Of a stretch of 64,000 nucleotides of DNA, positions 17,660-26,813 are shown in pieces. The notes below the pieces were generated by a model. That model had not been told where the DNA came from and ran no database searches. It saw nothing but the letters and a program-made list of their open reading frames with translations. The DNA is taken from contig PMON01000011.1 of assembly GCA_003162395.1 (NCBI GenBank), forward strand, positions 3,392 through 67,391, given 5' to 3'. Both the position numbers and the translations under genes were made by a program. Each line of letters opens with the position of its first letter. Position 1 is the stretch's first letter. The DNA is from Acidimicrobiaceae bacterium. Lineage in GTDB: Bacteria; Actinomycetota; Acidimicrobiia; Acidimicrobiales; RAAP-2.

Positions 17660-18220
17660 ATGACCACACTCAAGGATCGTCCACACACCGCGCTCCTCGT
17701 CGTCGACGTGCAGAACGGCGTCGTCGCAGAGGCGCACGAGCGCGACGGCGTCGTCGCGAATATCGCGTCGCTCGTCGAGTCAGCACGCCAGGCGAGTGTC
17801 CCGGTCATCTGGGTCCAGCACGCCGACGAGGGGCTCGCGCACGGGAGCGACGAGTGGCAGATCGTGGACGAGCTGCGCCCGGGCGACGCCGAGCCGCTCA
17901 TCGAGAAGCGCTACGGCGACTCGTTCGAGGACACCGACCTCGAGCGCGTGCTGTCGAGCCTCGGCGTCGGACGGCTCGTCGTCTCGGGCGCGCAGACCGA
18001 CGCGTGCATCCGCTCGACCCTGCACGGTGCGATTGTTCGTGGCTACGACGCGATGCTCGTGAGCGACGCGCACACGACCGATGACCACTCCGAGTGGGGC
18101 GCGCCCCCGCCCGACAAGGTCATCGCGCACACGAACCTGTACTGGAGCTACCAGTCGGCTCCCGGGCGCACCGGCGGCACCGTCGCGACCACCGACGTCG
18201 ACTTCGCCGCGACGCCCTGA
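17660..18220 (+). CDS. isochorismatase-family cysteine hydrolase
   Basis: 'TALLVVDVQNG' and 'LVVSGAQTDACIRST' (catalytic Cys). An alternative GTG start lies at 17633. Confidence 0.85.
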   Translation: MTTLKDRPHTALLVVDVQNGVVAEAHERDGVVANIASLVESARQASVPVIWVQHADEGLAHGSDEWQIVDELRPGDAEPLIEKRYGDSFEDTDLERVLSSLGVGRLVVSGAQTDACIRSTLHGAIVRGYDAMLVSDAHTTDDHSEWGAPPPDKVIAHTNLYWSYQSAPGRTGGTVATTDVDFAATP

Positions 18221-18313
18221 GGCCCTGGGCGGCGATGCCGATCGCCCAGGTGACCCGATGCTCGCCATGATCCTCGGCGGGGCGGCCCATCGGGTCCCGT
18301 AGCGTTCGCGGGG

Positions 18314-19486
18314 ATGCGACTGCTCGCCGCCTGCTCGCTCGGGGGCGCCGGCCACCTCCACCCGATGCTCGCCTTCGTCGAGCACCCCCGTTTACACGAC
18401 GAGTGGCTGGTCGCGGGGCCCCCCGCCCTGGCCGACATGGTTCGCGAGACGGGCGTCGCCTTCTGGCCCGGCGAGGAGCCGCCCGAGGGCGAGATCGCGC
18501 CGATCAGGGACCGGCTCGCGCTCGCCCCCGCGGACGAGGCGTCGGTGCTCGGGAACCGCGAGCTCTTCGGGCGCATGGCGACGACGGCCATGCTGCCCGA
18601 GATGACCCGACTGTTCGAGGAGTGGCGGCCCGACTTCGTGCTGCGAGACCCGTGCGAGTTCGCCTCGGCGGTGCTCGCACGGCGCACGGGAACGCACGTG
18701 GCGCAGGTCGCGATCTCGTTCGCCGACGTGGAGGCCGGGTCGATCAGGGTCGCGTCGCCGGCGCTCGAGGACCACGAGCGAGGACTCACCGGCGCGCTGT
18801 TCGAGTCGCCGTACCTGACCAGGTTCCCCGAGTCGCTCGACCCCTCCCCATTCCCGTCGACCGTGCGCTATCGATCAGCAGCTCGAGTGACCGCGGGCGC
18901 GCTCCCCGACTGGTGGCACGGCAGCGACGCGCCCCTGGTCTACGCCACACTCGGCACCGTGCTCGGCTACATGTCGTTCGCCGTCGACGTCTTCGCGGCC
19001 GTCCTCGAGGCGGTCCGCTCCCTTGACGCCCGGGTGCTCCTCACGGTCGGTCGCCAGTTCGATCCCGCCAGGCTGGGACCCGTGCCGGCACACGTCCACG
19101 TCGAGCGATGGGTGGACCAGGAAGTCGTGCTGCGCACCGCGGCGCTCGTCATCTGTCACGGCGGGTCCGGGACGGTGCTCGGTGCGCTCGAGGCAGCGGT
19201 GCCGCTGGTGGTCGTCCCCTCGTTGGCCGACCAGTTCGAGAACGGGCGTCGCGTCACGAGTGCCGGGGCCGGACAGGTCGTCTCGAGCAGCTCGTCGAGC
19301 TCGACGTCCAGCCGTCGGCCACCGAGCGTGGCGGACGCGCCCAGAATCGCCGGCGCGGTCGCGACGGTCCTCGGCGACGCGGCCGCTCGAGCGGGCGCAG
19401 CCCGCGTCGCCGCGGAGATGCGGGCTGCGCCGTTGGCAATCGACGCCCTCGCGACGCTGCTCGAGCCAACGGCACTCGGGGGCTGA
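18314..19486 (+). CDS. GT1-family glycosyltransferase (MGT/UDP-glycosyltransferase type)
   Basis: N-terminus 'GGAGHLHPMLAF'. C-terminal donor-binding motif 'VICHGGSGTVLGALEAAVPLVVVPSLADQFENG'. Confidence 0.85.
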   Translation: MRLLAACSLGGAGHLHPMLAFVEHPRLHDEWLVAGPPALADMVRETGVAFWPGEEPPEGEIAPIRDRLALAPADEASVLGNRELFGRMATTAMLPEMTRLFEEWRPDFVLRDPCEFASAVLARRTGTHVAQVAISFADVEAGSIRVASPALEDHERGLTGALFESPYLTRFPESLDPSPFPSTVRYRSAARVTAGALPDWWHGSDAPLVYATLGTVLGYMSFAVDVFAAVLEAVRSLDARVLLTVGRQFDPARLGPVPAHVHVERWVDQEVVLRTAALVICHGGSGTVLGALEAAVPLVVVPSLADQFENGRRVTSAGAGQVVSSSSSSSTSSRRPPSVADAPRIAGAVATVLGDAAARAGAARVAAEMRAAPLAIDALATLLEPTALGG

Positions 19487-19646
19487 CCACCCGTTCCGGT
19501 GAGGTGGTTCGCGACGTGCGCTCACGCCGCTTGATCCCGACGAGTGTCCGCACCAGTGAGCGGGCCAGCCGCGCGAGCACCGGTCGTCAGTTCCACGCCG
19601 TCGCGTCCTTCGACCTGGCGCAGTGCGATGACCCCGTGGGGCGGCC

Positions 19647-20549
19647 CTAGGTGATCGAGGGCACGAAGAGGTCCCCCATGGCCTCAACGCGCCCGAGCGT
19701 GTCCTCGGGCGAGAAGCTCAGGCTCGCCGGGTCGCCGCCGTCGGCGCACTCGGCGACCTCCTCCCACGTGACGGGGGTGGAGACCCTCGGGAACGGGCGG
19801 CCGCGCAGTGAGTAGACGGCCACCGTCGTCTTCGAGGGGCTGTTCTGGCTCCAGTCGATGAGGACCTTGCCCTTCCGCAGCGACTTGCGCATGTTGGAGA
19901 CCACGAGCTGCGGAGCGACCCGCTCGACCTCTGTCGCGATCTGCCGAGCGTCGTCGCGGAGCCGATCCCAGGTCAGCCGGCTCGTGAGCGGCGCGTAGAG
20001 CTGCAGGCCCTTCGAGCCGCTCGTCTTCGGATACACGTGCGCAAACCGATCAGCCAGCTGCTCGCTGATGAGCGACGCGACCCGACAGCACTCGACGATC
20101 GTCGCACCCTCGCCGGGGTCGAGGTCAAAGACCATGTAGTCCGGCGGAGCGGGGAGCTTGCGACGCCGTCCCGCGTGCCAGAGCGGGACGTGGAACTCGA
20201 TCGAGGCGAGGTTCGCCGCCCACACGAGCGCCGGGAGGTCGCAGATGACGCTGAAGGTCACCGGGTCGCCGTCCGCGCTGGACGCGACGCTGACAGTGCG
20301 AACCCAGTCAGGCGCGTGCCGGGGGGCGTGCTTCTCGAAGAACGACTGCCCCTCGACCCCGTCGGGCCAGCGCTTCATCGTGAGCGGACGGTCGTAGAGA
20401 TGGGGCACCATGACCGGCGCGATCCTCGCGTAGTAGTCGATCATCTGGCCCTTGGTGAAGCCCGTCTCGGGGAAGAGCACCTTGTCGAGGTTGGACAGGC
20501 TGAGCTCGCGCCCCTCGACCGACGTCGTGACCGAGGTCCTAGGACTCAC
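19647..20549 (-). CDS. NHEJ polymerase/primase (LigD Pol domain) as a separate gene
   Basis: 'LSNLDKVLFPETGFTKGQMIDYYARIAPVMVPHLYDRPLTMKRWPDGVEGQSFFEKH'. The GTG start lies 6 nt after AAGGAGG, which is embedded in the last codons of the upstream ligase gene (11-nt overlap). Confidence 0.9.
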   Translation of the reverse strand: MSPRTSVTTSVEGRELSLSNLDKVLFPETGFTKGQMIDYYARIAPVMVPHLYDRPLTMKRWPDGVEGQSFFEKHAPRHAPDWVRTVSVASSADGDPVTFSVICDLPALVWAANLASIEFHVPLWHAGRRRKLPAPPDYMVFDLDPGEGATIVECCRVASLISEQLADRFAHVYPKTSGSKGLQLYAPLTSRLTWDRLRDDARQIATEVERVAPQLVVSNMRKSLRKGKVLIDWSQNSPSKTTVAVYSLRGRPFPRVSTPVTWEEVAECADGGDPASLSFSPEDTLGRVEAMGDLFVPSIT

Positions 20550-22032
20550 GAGTCACCTCCTTTGGTGACTTGTCGGACCGCACGCCGCGCCAGGCCGGGT
20601 GTCGCAGGCGCCCATCGGGCGTCCACGCCGAGAACCGGACCTCACCCACCACCGCGGGGCGCACCCAGGTCGCGGGCGCCCCGATCGTCGCGTTCGAGAG
20701 CGCCTCGTCGAACGGCGACGTCGCGCGCACGAGCGGGCGCAGGTCGTCGAGGAGCCTCGCACGCGCGTCGTCGGAGAACCCGGTCCCCACCTTGCCGATG
20801 AAGGAGAGCTTCCCCTTTGCCGAGCTCGACGGGATCCCGAGCAGCAGTGCCCCGAAGGTCTCGTGCCGGCTGCCGTTTCCCTCGGTCCATCCCCCGATGA
20901 CCGCCTCTTGGGTGCGCTCAGCTTTGACCTTGACCCACTCGTTGCTCCGGACCCCCGGTCGGTACGTCGAGGTACGGCGCTTGGCAACGACACCTTCCAT
21001 GCCGAGCTCGACCGCCGTCTTCAAGACGGCGGCGCCCGACACGTCGACGAAGCTCGGCGTCACCGCCCAGGCCTCGCCGCCGAGCCCGAGCCCCTCGAGC
21101 TGGCGGCGACGCTCGTCGTAGGTGTCGCCGAGCGTCGAGCGGCCGTCGAGGTGCAGGAGGTCGAAGACGATCAGGCTCGCGGGGTCCCGCTTCGCCGCAC
21201 GCTCCACGTCGCGCGGCGACGCGAGGTGGATCCGCTTCGAGAGCCGCGAGAACGAGGGGTGGTTCTCGTCGTCGAACACGACGAGCTCGCCGTCGAGGAC
21301 GACCTGGTGGCTGCCCATCGCGGCGCCCACCTGGCGCAGCTCGGGGAACGCCGCGGTGATGTCGTTGCCGTTCCGACTCAACGCCCGGGCGCGTCCCCCG
21401 TCGCTCCAGACCAGTGCGCGGATGCCGTCCCACTTGAACTCGTAGGCCCATCGGCTGTCGCCGTCGGGCAGCTCGCCGGGCGATGCCAGCATCGGCGCGA
21501 GGGTGTCAGGGGGTGCCTCGAAGCCCTCGGGCGCCGGGTCCATCCGGTGGATCATCCAGTTGTTCCCGTTCGTCGGGAACAAAACGTAGCGGCCGGTCGC
21601 ACGTGTGCCGTGCAGCACGACCATGACCTCTTTGTCCCGCCACTTCTCGAGGTCGTACGTGCCGTGGTCCCAGATCGAGACGGTCCCGCCCCCGTACTCG
21701 CCCGCCGGGATCGTGCCCTCGAACTTCCCGTACTCCAAGGGGTGGTCCTCGACGTGCACGGCGAGGTGGTTCTGGTCCGGTGTCACGGGCAGGCCCTTGG
21801 GCAGCGCCCAGGACGCGAGCACGCCGTCGTGCTCCAGGCGGAAGTCCCAGTGCAGCGCCGACGCGTGGTGCTCTTGGATCACGAACGTGGGTCGAGCCCC
21901 GCGCCGCGACCGCGTCGCGGGCTGGGCAGCCGGGATGGGCTCGGGCGTCCGTCCCTTGGTCCGCTTGGCGCGGTAGGTCGCGAGCGGCGCCTGCGCGGGA
22001 GCCGGCTCAGAGGCCTTGTCGGCCTTGGGCAC
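20539..22032 (-). CDS. ligD: ATP-dependent DNA ligase LigD, 3'-phosphoesterase + ligase domains
   Basis: PE signature 'FVIQEHHASALHWDFRLE'. Adenylation motif 'EFKWDGIRAL'. GTG start lies 5 nt after AGGAGG, directly behind the ku stop. Confidence 0.9.
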   Translation of the reverse strand: MPKADKASEPAPAQAPLATYRAKRTKGRTPEPIPAAQPATRSRRGARPTFVIQEHHASALHWDFRLEHDGVLASWALPKGLPVTPDQNHLAVHVEDHPLEYGKFEGTIPAGEYGGGTVSIWDHGTYDLEKWRDKEVMVVLHGTRATGRYVLFPTNGNNWMIHRMDPAPEGFEAPPDTLAPMLASPGELPDGDSRWAYEFKWDGIRALVWSDGGRARALSRNGNDITAAFPELRQVGAAMGSHQVVLDGELVVFDDENHPSFSRLSKRIHLASPRDVERAAKRDPASLIVFDLLHLDGRSTLGDTYDERRRQLEGLGLGGEAWAVTPSFVDVSGAAVLKTAVELGMEGVVAKRRTSTYRPGVRSNEWVKVKAERTQEAVIGGWTEGNGSRHETFGALLLGIPSSSAKGKLSFIGKVGTGFSDDARARLLDDLRPLVRATSPFDEALSNATIGAPATWVRPAVVGEVRFSAWTPDGRLRHPAWRGVRSDKSPKEVTRES

Positions 22033-22040
22033 CGAGCCTC

Positions 22041-22949
22041 CTAGGAGGCTCTACGCCTGGCCGGCTTGGCCTTCGCCGTGGGCGCGGCCGGCTTTCGCGC
22101 CTTGGAGATCGGCGTCGCCTTGGCCGAGCCCGCCTTCTTCGCAGCCTTGGCGGCGGGGGCACTGCGCCCGGTCGTCGCCTTGATGCTCGCGCTGAGTGCC
22201 TCCATCAGGTCGACGACCCGCACGGGGGCCGACTCGTCGGTCGCGTGCTCGATCACGTCGTGGCCCTGGCGCTTCTCCTCGACGAGCGCCTCGACCTTGC
22301 GTCGGTGCGTGTCCTCGTACTTCGTCGGATCCCACTCGCTCTCCATCGTCTCGACGAGGAGCTTCGCCATCGCGATCTCACGATCGCTGAGCTCGACGGC
22401 GCCGGGTAGGTCGCCCAGCGACTTGGCCGGGGACTGGATCTCGTCGGCGAAGTACATCGTCTGGAGCACGAGGACCTCGTCGCCAGGCCGGATCGCGACG
22501 AGGTACTCCTTGTTGCGCATCACGAGCGTGCCGATGGCGACCTTGTGGGCCTCGAACATGACCTGGCGCAAGAGCGCGTAGGCCTTGCTCGCGGCCTCGC
22601 CCTCGGGGGCCAAGTAGTACGTCGCGCGATAGTTCACCGGGTCGATCTCACCGAGCTCGACGAAGTCCGTGATGTCGATCAGGCGGGAGCGCTCCGGCTC
22701 GGCGCTCGCCAGCTCCTCGTCGGTGAGGATGACGAACTCGCCACCCCCGATGTTGAAGCCCTTCGAGATGTCGCGGGCCTCCACCTCCTGGCCCGTCCGC
22801 TCGTTGACCTTCTTGTAGCGGATCCGGTCCGAAGTCCCGGTCTCGAACTGGTTGAGCGAGACGGTCTTGTCAGAGGTGGCCGTGTAGAGGCCAACGGGCA
22901 CGTTGACCAGCCCGAGGCTGAGTGCGCCCTTCCATACTGTCCGTGCCAT
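22041..22949 (-). CDS. ku: Ku DNA end-binding protein
   Basis: 'MARTVWKGALSLGLVNVPVGLYTAT', with AGGTGA 6 nt upstream of ATG 22949. The C-terminal tail is Lys/Ala/Pro-rich. Confidence 0.92.
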   Translation of the reverse strand: MARTVWKGALSLGLVNVPVGLYTATSDKTVSLNQFETGTSDRIRYKKVNERTGQEVEARDISKGFNIGGGEFVILTDEELASAEPERSRLIDITDFVELGEIDPVNYRATYYLAPEGEAASKAYALLRQVMFEAHKVAIGTLVMRNKEYLVAIRPGDEVLVLQTMYFADEIQSPAKSLGDLPGAVELSDREIAMAKLLVETMESEWDPTKYEDTHRRKVEALVEEKRQGHDVIEHATDESAPVRVVDLMEALSASIKATTGRSAPAAKAAKKAGSAKATPISKARKPAAPTAKAKPARRRAS

Positions 22950-23041
22950 ACCAATCACCTACCGACTTAGGGACGATCCCACACACTGCTACACCCACTC
23001 GTCACACTGGTGACGTGGCCAGCGCCTCTGCGATCGAACCG

Positions 23042-23464
23042 ATGGCACCGACCCTGCTTCGTGGACTCACGATTCTAGGACCCGGGGATTCGCCAAATCC
23101 AGACCTCGCGCTCGAATTTGGGGTGTCGGCGTGGATGTTCAGGACCCAGACGGACGTTTACGGGGTCCTCGAGCTCCTGGCTGCCCTGCGCAGGGCCGTC
23201 CTCGACGGCGCCGGGATGGACCCGGCCCAAGAGCCCGTCCCCCTCGTGGGCCGGTCGCCACGAGACGACGTGCTGGGATCGGTGGCCTACCTCGGCGCGC
23301 TGGTGGAGCGCGCGGCGAGCGTCGCTCGGTGCTCGACCGAGGAGCTGGCCGAGCGCGCGCTCGAGCGGCTGGCCGACATCGCGCCGCACGCACTGGCCAG
23401 CGTGAACGCCGAGGACACGACCCGGCTCGCGGTGATCATCCCGCTTCACGCCCCGCCGAGCTGA
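23042..23464 (+). CDS. hypothetical protein (140 aa), divergent from ku
   Basis: High GC3 and a non-repetitive sequence ('VYGVLELLAALRRAVLDGAGMD'). No motif was recognised. The start is uncertain. Confidence 0.45.
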   Translation: MAPTLLRGLTILGPGDSPNPDLALEFGVSAWMFRTQTDVYGVLELLAALRRAVLDGAGMDPAQEPVPLVGRSPRDDVLGSVAYLGALVERAASVARCSTEELAERALERLADIAPHALASVNAEDTTRLAVIIPLHAPPS

Positions 23465-23659
23465 CGACTCGCCGATCGTCGCTCGAGGTGCACGTCGACG
23501 AGTATCGGCTCTTGCGGTTGCCGGTCCGCTTGGGCGCCGGCAGGCGTCGCTTTGGAGCCGAGGCGGGCCGTCGGCGCTCCGGCTCGTCAGCACCGCGACG
23601 ACGAGGACGGGCGTCGTCGTCACCGTCCATGCGCGATCCGGCAAGGTGCAGCACGGCGA

Positions 23660-24154
23660 CTACACGCCCGAGGTGTCCTGGCCGACGCCACGCTCGACGA
23701 TCCGGAACACCGGGAGGCCGGCCGCCACACATTCGAAGTCTTCGAGCGGGGCGTTGCGCTCGACGGGGATGTGCGGCCTCGCTCCGGGTGCGACGTCCAG
23801 GTAGCGGCGCAGGATCGCAGGGCGATCCTCGACGGGGACCTCTTCGAGTGTGATGGCCTCGCACCTGCCGTGCCGGAGGGTCGCGCGTCCTTCATCGGCT
23901 CGCACGTGCTGGACCCAGTTCGCGCCCTCACCGAGCATCGACACCAAGTAGCGCTCGCCCGCCAGGTCGGCGATCACGACCGGGAGCGTCACCGTCCCCC
24001 CGCTCTTGCGACCCTTTACCTCGAGCGAGGCGGCACGACGCGGGAGGACGCCTCTGGCGAACACGGCGGCCGACGCGCTGTTCTGCAGCCGAGCAAAGCG
24101 GTTTGGCCGACCTCCCTTGTACAGCCAGCGGAGATAATCGTGGTACCGCGACAT
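23660..24154 (-). CDS. nitroreductase-family deazaflavin (F420H2)-dependent oxidoreductase
   Basis: 'LEVKGRKSGGTVTLPVVIADLAGERYLVSMLGEGANWVQHV' fits the Ddn-like family. Start at 'MSRYHDYLRW'. Confidence 0.8.
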   Translation of the reverse strand: MSRYHDYLRWLYKGGRPNRFARLQNSASAAVFARGVLPRRAASLEVKGRKSGGTVTLPVVIADLAGERYLVSMLGEGANWVQHVRADEGRATLRHGRCEAITLEEVPVEDRPAILRRYLDVAPGARPHIPVERNAPLEDFECVAAGLPVFRIVERGVGQDTSGV

Positions 24155-24206
24155 GGCCCCTCCTCTTGGAGCGATGCCTGGAGTCTGCTGGTGACGCTGG
24201 CGGATG

Positions 24207-24234
24207 CGACAGGGACCAAGGTCCCGAAATGTCG
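24207..24234. promoter_or_regulatory. imperfect palindrome in the divergent region upstream of hutG (candidate operator)
   Basis: The sequence is CGACA-GGGACC-AA-GGTCCC-GAAA-TGTCG. The core 14-bp palindrome lies at 24212-24225. Confidence 0.3.
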
Positions 24235-24371
24235 CCATGCGGCCCACGAGCCGGACCGCGCCTCGTTGGCGCCGGCCATCACCGGCACGCTCGAGCGAGT
24301 GCCCAGACCATGGGTGGGCGGGGGCAGCATCCGTCGAGCTCGCGTCAAGGCCTGGTTCGTAAGGTAACGAC

Positions 24372-25274
24372 GTGACTCGGGATCCCAGGTGGCTGTCCGC
24401 ACGGTCCCTCCTTCGCCCGGACGCCCGAGCGGGGCGCCTGAGTGCGGCGCTCGTCGGCATCCCGACGTTCGAGTCGTCGCTGTCGCCTCGGTCGGCGACC
24501 TCCACGCCACTTGCCATCCGAGCAGCGCTCGAACGCTTCGCCACGTTCTCATGGCCAGACGAGATCGACCTCGCCGACGTCGTCGACGTCGTCGACTACG
24601 GCGACGTCGAGCAGCCCGATGGGGTCAGCGGCCGGGCGCGCGTCCGCGCGCATCTCGCACACGTGGACCCGCGGTGCGGCCTGCTGATCGCGCTCGGTGG
24701 TGACAACAGCATGACGTTCGCCGCGATGTCCGCGCTCGCCGGTGACGCCCTCGGGACCTGGGGCCTCATCACGCTCGACGCGCACCTCGACCTCCGAGAC
24801 GGCGAGTCGAACGGCTCGCCCGTCCGCCAGCTGCTCGAGGCGGGTCTCGACGGGAGCCGAGTGGTCCAAGCGGGGCTCGCGGACTTTTCGAACTCGGCTC
24901 CCTACGCGCAGGACGCACGCACGGCGGGGATCACGATCGTCCCGCGGTGCGAGATGCGCGACCAGCCGATCGGCGTTGCGGTGGCCCATGCCCTCGAGGT
25001 CGCCGGCGCGGGCGACCGACCGATCTACGTCGACATCGACCTCGACGTCGCCGACCGCGCCGTGGTCCCGGGATGTCCCGCCGCGGCCCCTGGCGGGCTG
25101 TCCGCCGACGAGGTCCGTCAGGCCGCGCGATTGTTTGCGCGCGACCCGCGCGTGCGTGCGATCGACGTCACCGAGATCGACGTGGATCGAGACAGTGATG
25201 ACCAGCGAACCGTTCGGCTGGCCGCACTCCTCGTCCTCGAGGTCCTCGCCGGATACGTCGGAAGGAACCCATGA
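24372..25274 (+). CDS. hutG: formimidoylglutamase (arginase/ureohydrolase family)
   Basis: Arginase-fold metal motifs 'GGDNSMT', 'LDAHLDL' and 'VDIDLDVAD'. It sits first in the hut operon, with a 4-nt ATGA overlap with hutH. Confidence 0.85.
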   Translation: MTRDPRWLSARSLLRPDARAGRLSAALVGIPTFESSLSPRSATSTPLAIRAALERFATFSWPDEIDLADVVDVVDYGDVEQPDGVSGRARVRAHLAHVDPRCGLLIALGGDNSMTFAAMSALAGDALGTWGLITLDAHLDLRDGESNGSPVRQLLEAGLDGSRVVQAGLADFSNSAPYAQDARTAGITIVPRCEMRDQPIGVAVAHALEVAGAGDRPIYVDIDLDVADRAVVPGCPAAAPGGLSADEVRQAARLFARDPRVRAIDVTEIDVDRDSDDQRTVRLAALLVLEVLAGYVGRNP

Positions 25275-26803
25275 CGGTGACCTTGGACGGCACGACGCTC
25301 ACGATCGACGACGTCGTGCGCGTGGCCCGGGGCCTCGAGGAAGTGCGCGTCGACGACAAGGTCCTGGATCGCCTCGCGGCATGTCGACGCGGCATCGATG
25401 CCCTCGTGGACTCCGACGTGCCCGTCTACGGCGTCTCGACCGGCTTCGGGTCGCTCGCGACGACGTACATCGCACCCAACGACCGAGCGGGCCTCCAGCG
25501 CTCCCTCCTTCGCAGTCACGCGGCAGGCGCGGGCGGCGAGGTCGAAGACGAGGTCGTTCGAGCCATGATGCTGTGCCGACTCCGGACCCTGTGCACCGGG
25601 GTGACCGGCGTCCGCGCCTCGACCGCGCAGGCCTACGCGGACCTGTTGAACGCTCGGATCACCCCGGTCGTCTTGGAGTTCGGCTCGCTGGGGTGCTCGG
25701 GCGACCTCGCGCCGTTGGCGCACGTGGGCCTCGCGCTCACGGGCGAGGGCGACGTGCGCAACGCCCAGGGCGAGCGGATGGCCGCAGCTGACGCGCTGCG
25801 CGACGCGGGGCTCCAGCCGGTGCAGCTCGCCGAGAAGGAGGGCCTGGCGCTCATCAACGGCACCGATGGCATGCTCGGGATGCTGCTCCTCGCAGTTCGC
25901 GACGCCGAGGAGCTGCTCCGGATCGCCGACGTCACCGCGTCGCTGTCGATCCAGTCGCTCCGAGGCACGGACAGGGTGTTTCGCGACGACCTCCAGCGAC
26001 TGCGACCCCAGGTTGGCCAGCAGCTGAGCGCCGCGAACCTGCTGCGCCTCATGGCGGACTCCCCCATCGTCGCGGACCACCTCGATGACACCTCGCAGGT
26101 CCAGGACGCCTACTCGCTGCGCTGCGCGCCCCAGGTGCACGGCGCCGCGCGAGACACGATCGAGCACGCGCGGCGAGTGGCGAGCCTCGAGCTGCAGTCC
26201 GCGATCGACAACCCCGTCGTGCTGTCGGACGGCAGCCTCGCTTCAACCGGCAACTTCCACGGTGCTCCGCTCGGCTACGTGCTGGACTTCGTGGCGATCG
26301 CCCTCGCCGACGTCGCCTCCATGGCAGAGCGCAGGTCGGACCGGCTCCTCGATCCAGCGCGCAGCTACGGCCTGCCGCCGTTCCTCGCGCATCGTCCGGG
26401 CGTCGACTCGGGGCTCATGATCGCCCATTACACCCAAGCCGGACTCGTGTCGGAGATGAAGCGACTCGCGGTACCCGCGTCGGTCGACTCGATCCCCACG
26501 TCGGCGATGCAAGAGGACCACGTCTCCATGGGGTGGCACGCCGCGCGCAAGCTGCGCATGAGCATCGCCGCGCTGCGAACCGTGCTCGCCATCGAGCTCA
26601 TGGCTGGGTCACGCGCACTCGCGCTGCGCGCTCCGCTCCTCGGCTCCCCGCCCTCGAACGCCCTGGTCCGCGCACTCGAGGAGCTCGGCTTGGGGCCCGG
26701 GCCCGACCGCCCGCTGGCCGCCGAGATCGCGACCGCCGATGCCTTCCTCCTCGACGGCTCGTGGTGGCGCGCGATCGAGCCACTCGTCGAGCAACTCAAC
26801 TGA
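25271..26803 (+). CDS. hutH: histidine ammonia-lyase
   Basis: '[11 protein letters not shown]', an MIO loop '[14 protein letters not shown]' and 'QEDHVSMG'. Length is 510 aa. Confidence 0.95.
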   Translation: MTVTLDGTTLTIDDVVRVARGLEEVRVDDKVLDRLAACRRGIDALVDSDVPVYGVSTGFGSLATTYIAPNDRAGLQRSLLRSHAAGAGGEVEDEVVRAMMLCRLRTLCTGVTGVRASTAQAYADLLNARITPVVLEFGSLGCSGDLAPLAHVGLALTGEGDVRNAQGERMAAADALRDAGLQPVQLAEKEGLALINGTDGMLGMLLLAVRDAEELLRIADVTASLSIQSLRGTDRVFRDDLQRLRPQVGQQLSAANLLRLMADSPIVADHLDDTSQVQDAYSLRCAPQVHGAARDTIEHARRVASLELQSAIDNPVVLSDGSLASTGNFHGAPLGYVLDFVAIALADVASMAERRSDRLLDPARSYGLPPFLAHRPGVDSGLMIAHYTQAGLVSEMKRLAVPASVDSIPTSAMQEDHVSMGWHAARKLRMSIAALRTVLAIELMAGSRALALRAPLLGSPPSNALVRALEELGLGPGPDRPLAAEIATADAFLLDGSWWRAIEPLVEQLN

Positions 26804-26813
26804 AGGAGCCGCC

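Noticed and set aside
17660-19486. The P450 (4773..5981), and separately the isochorismatase + GT1 glycosyltransferase pair (17660..19486), as parts of a secondary-metabolite cluster
   Set aside because: There is no PKS, NRPS, terpene synthase or other core biosynthetic gene in the window. These tailoring-type genes are scattered among unrelated housekeeping genes.
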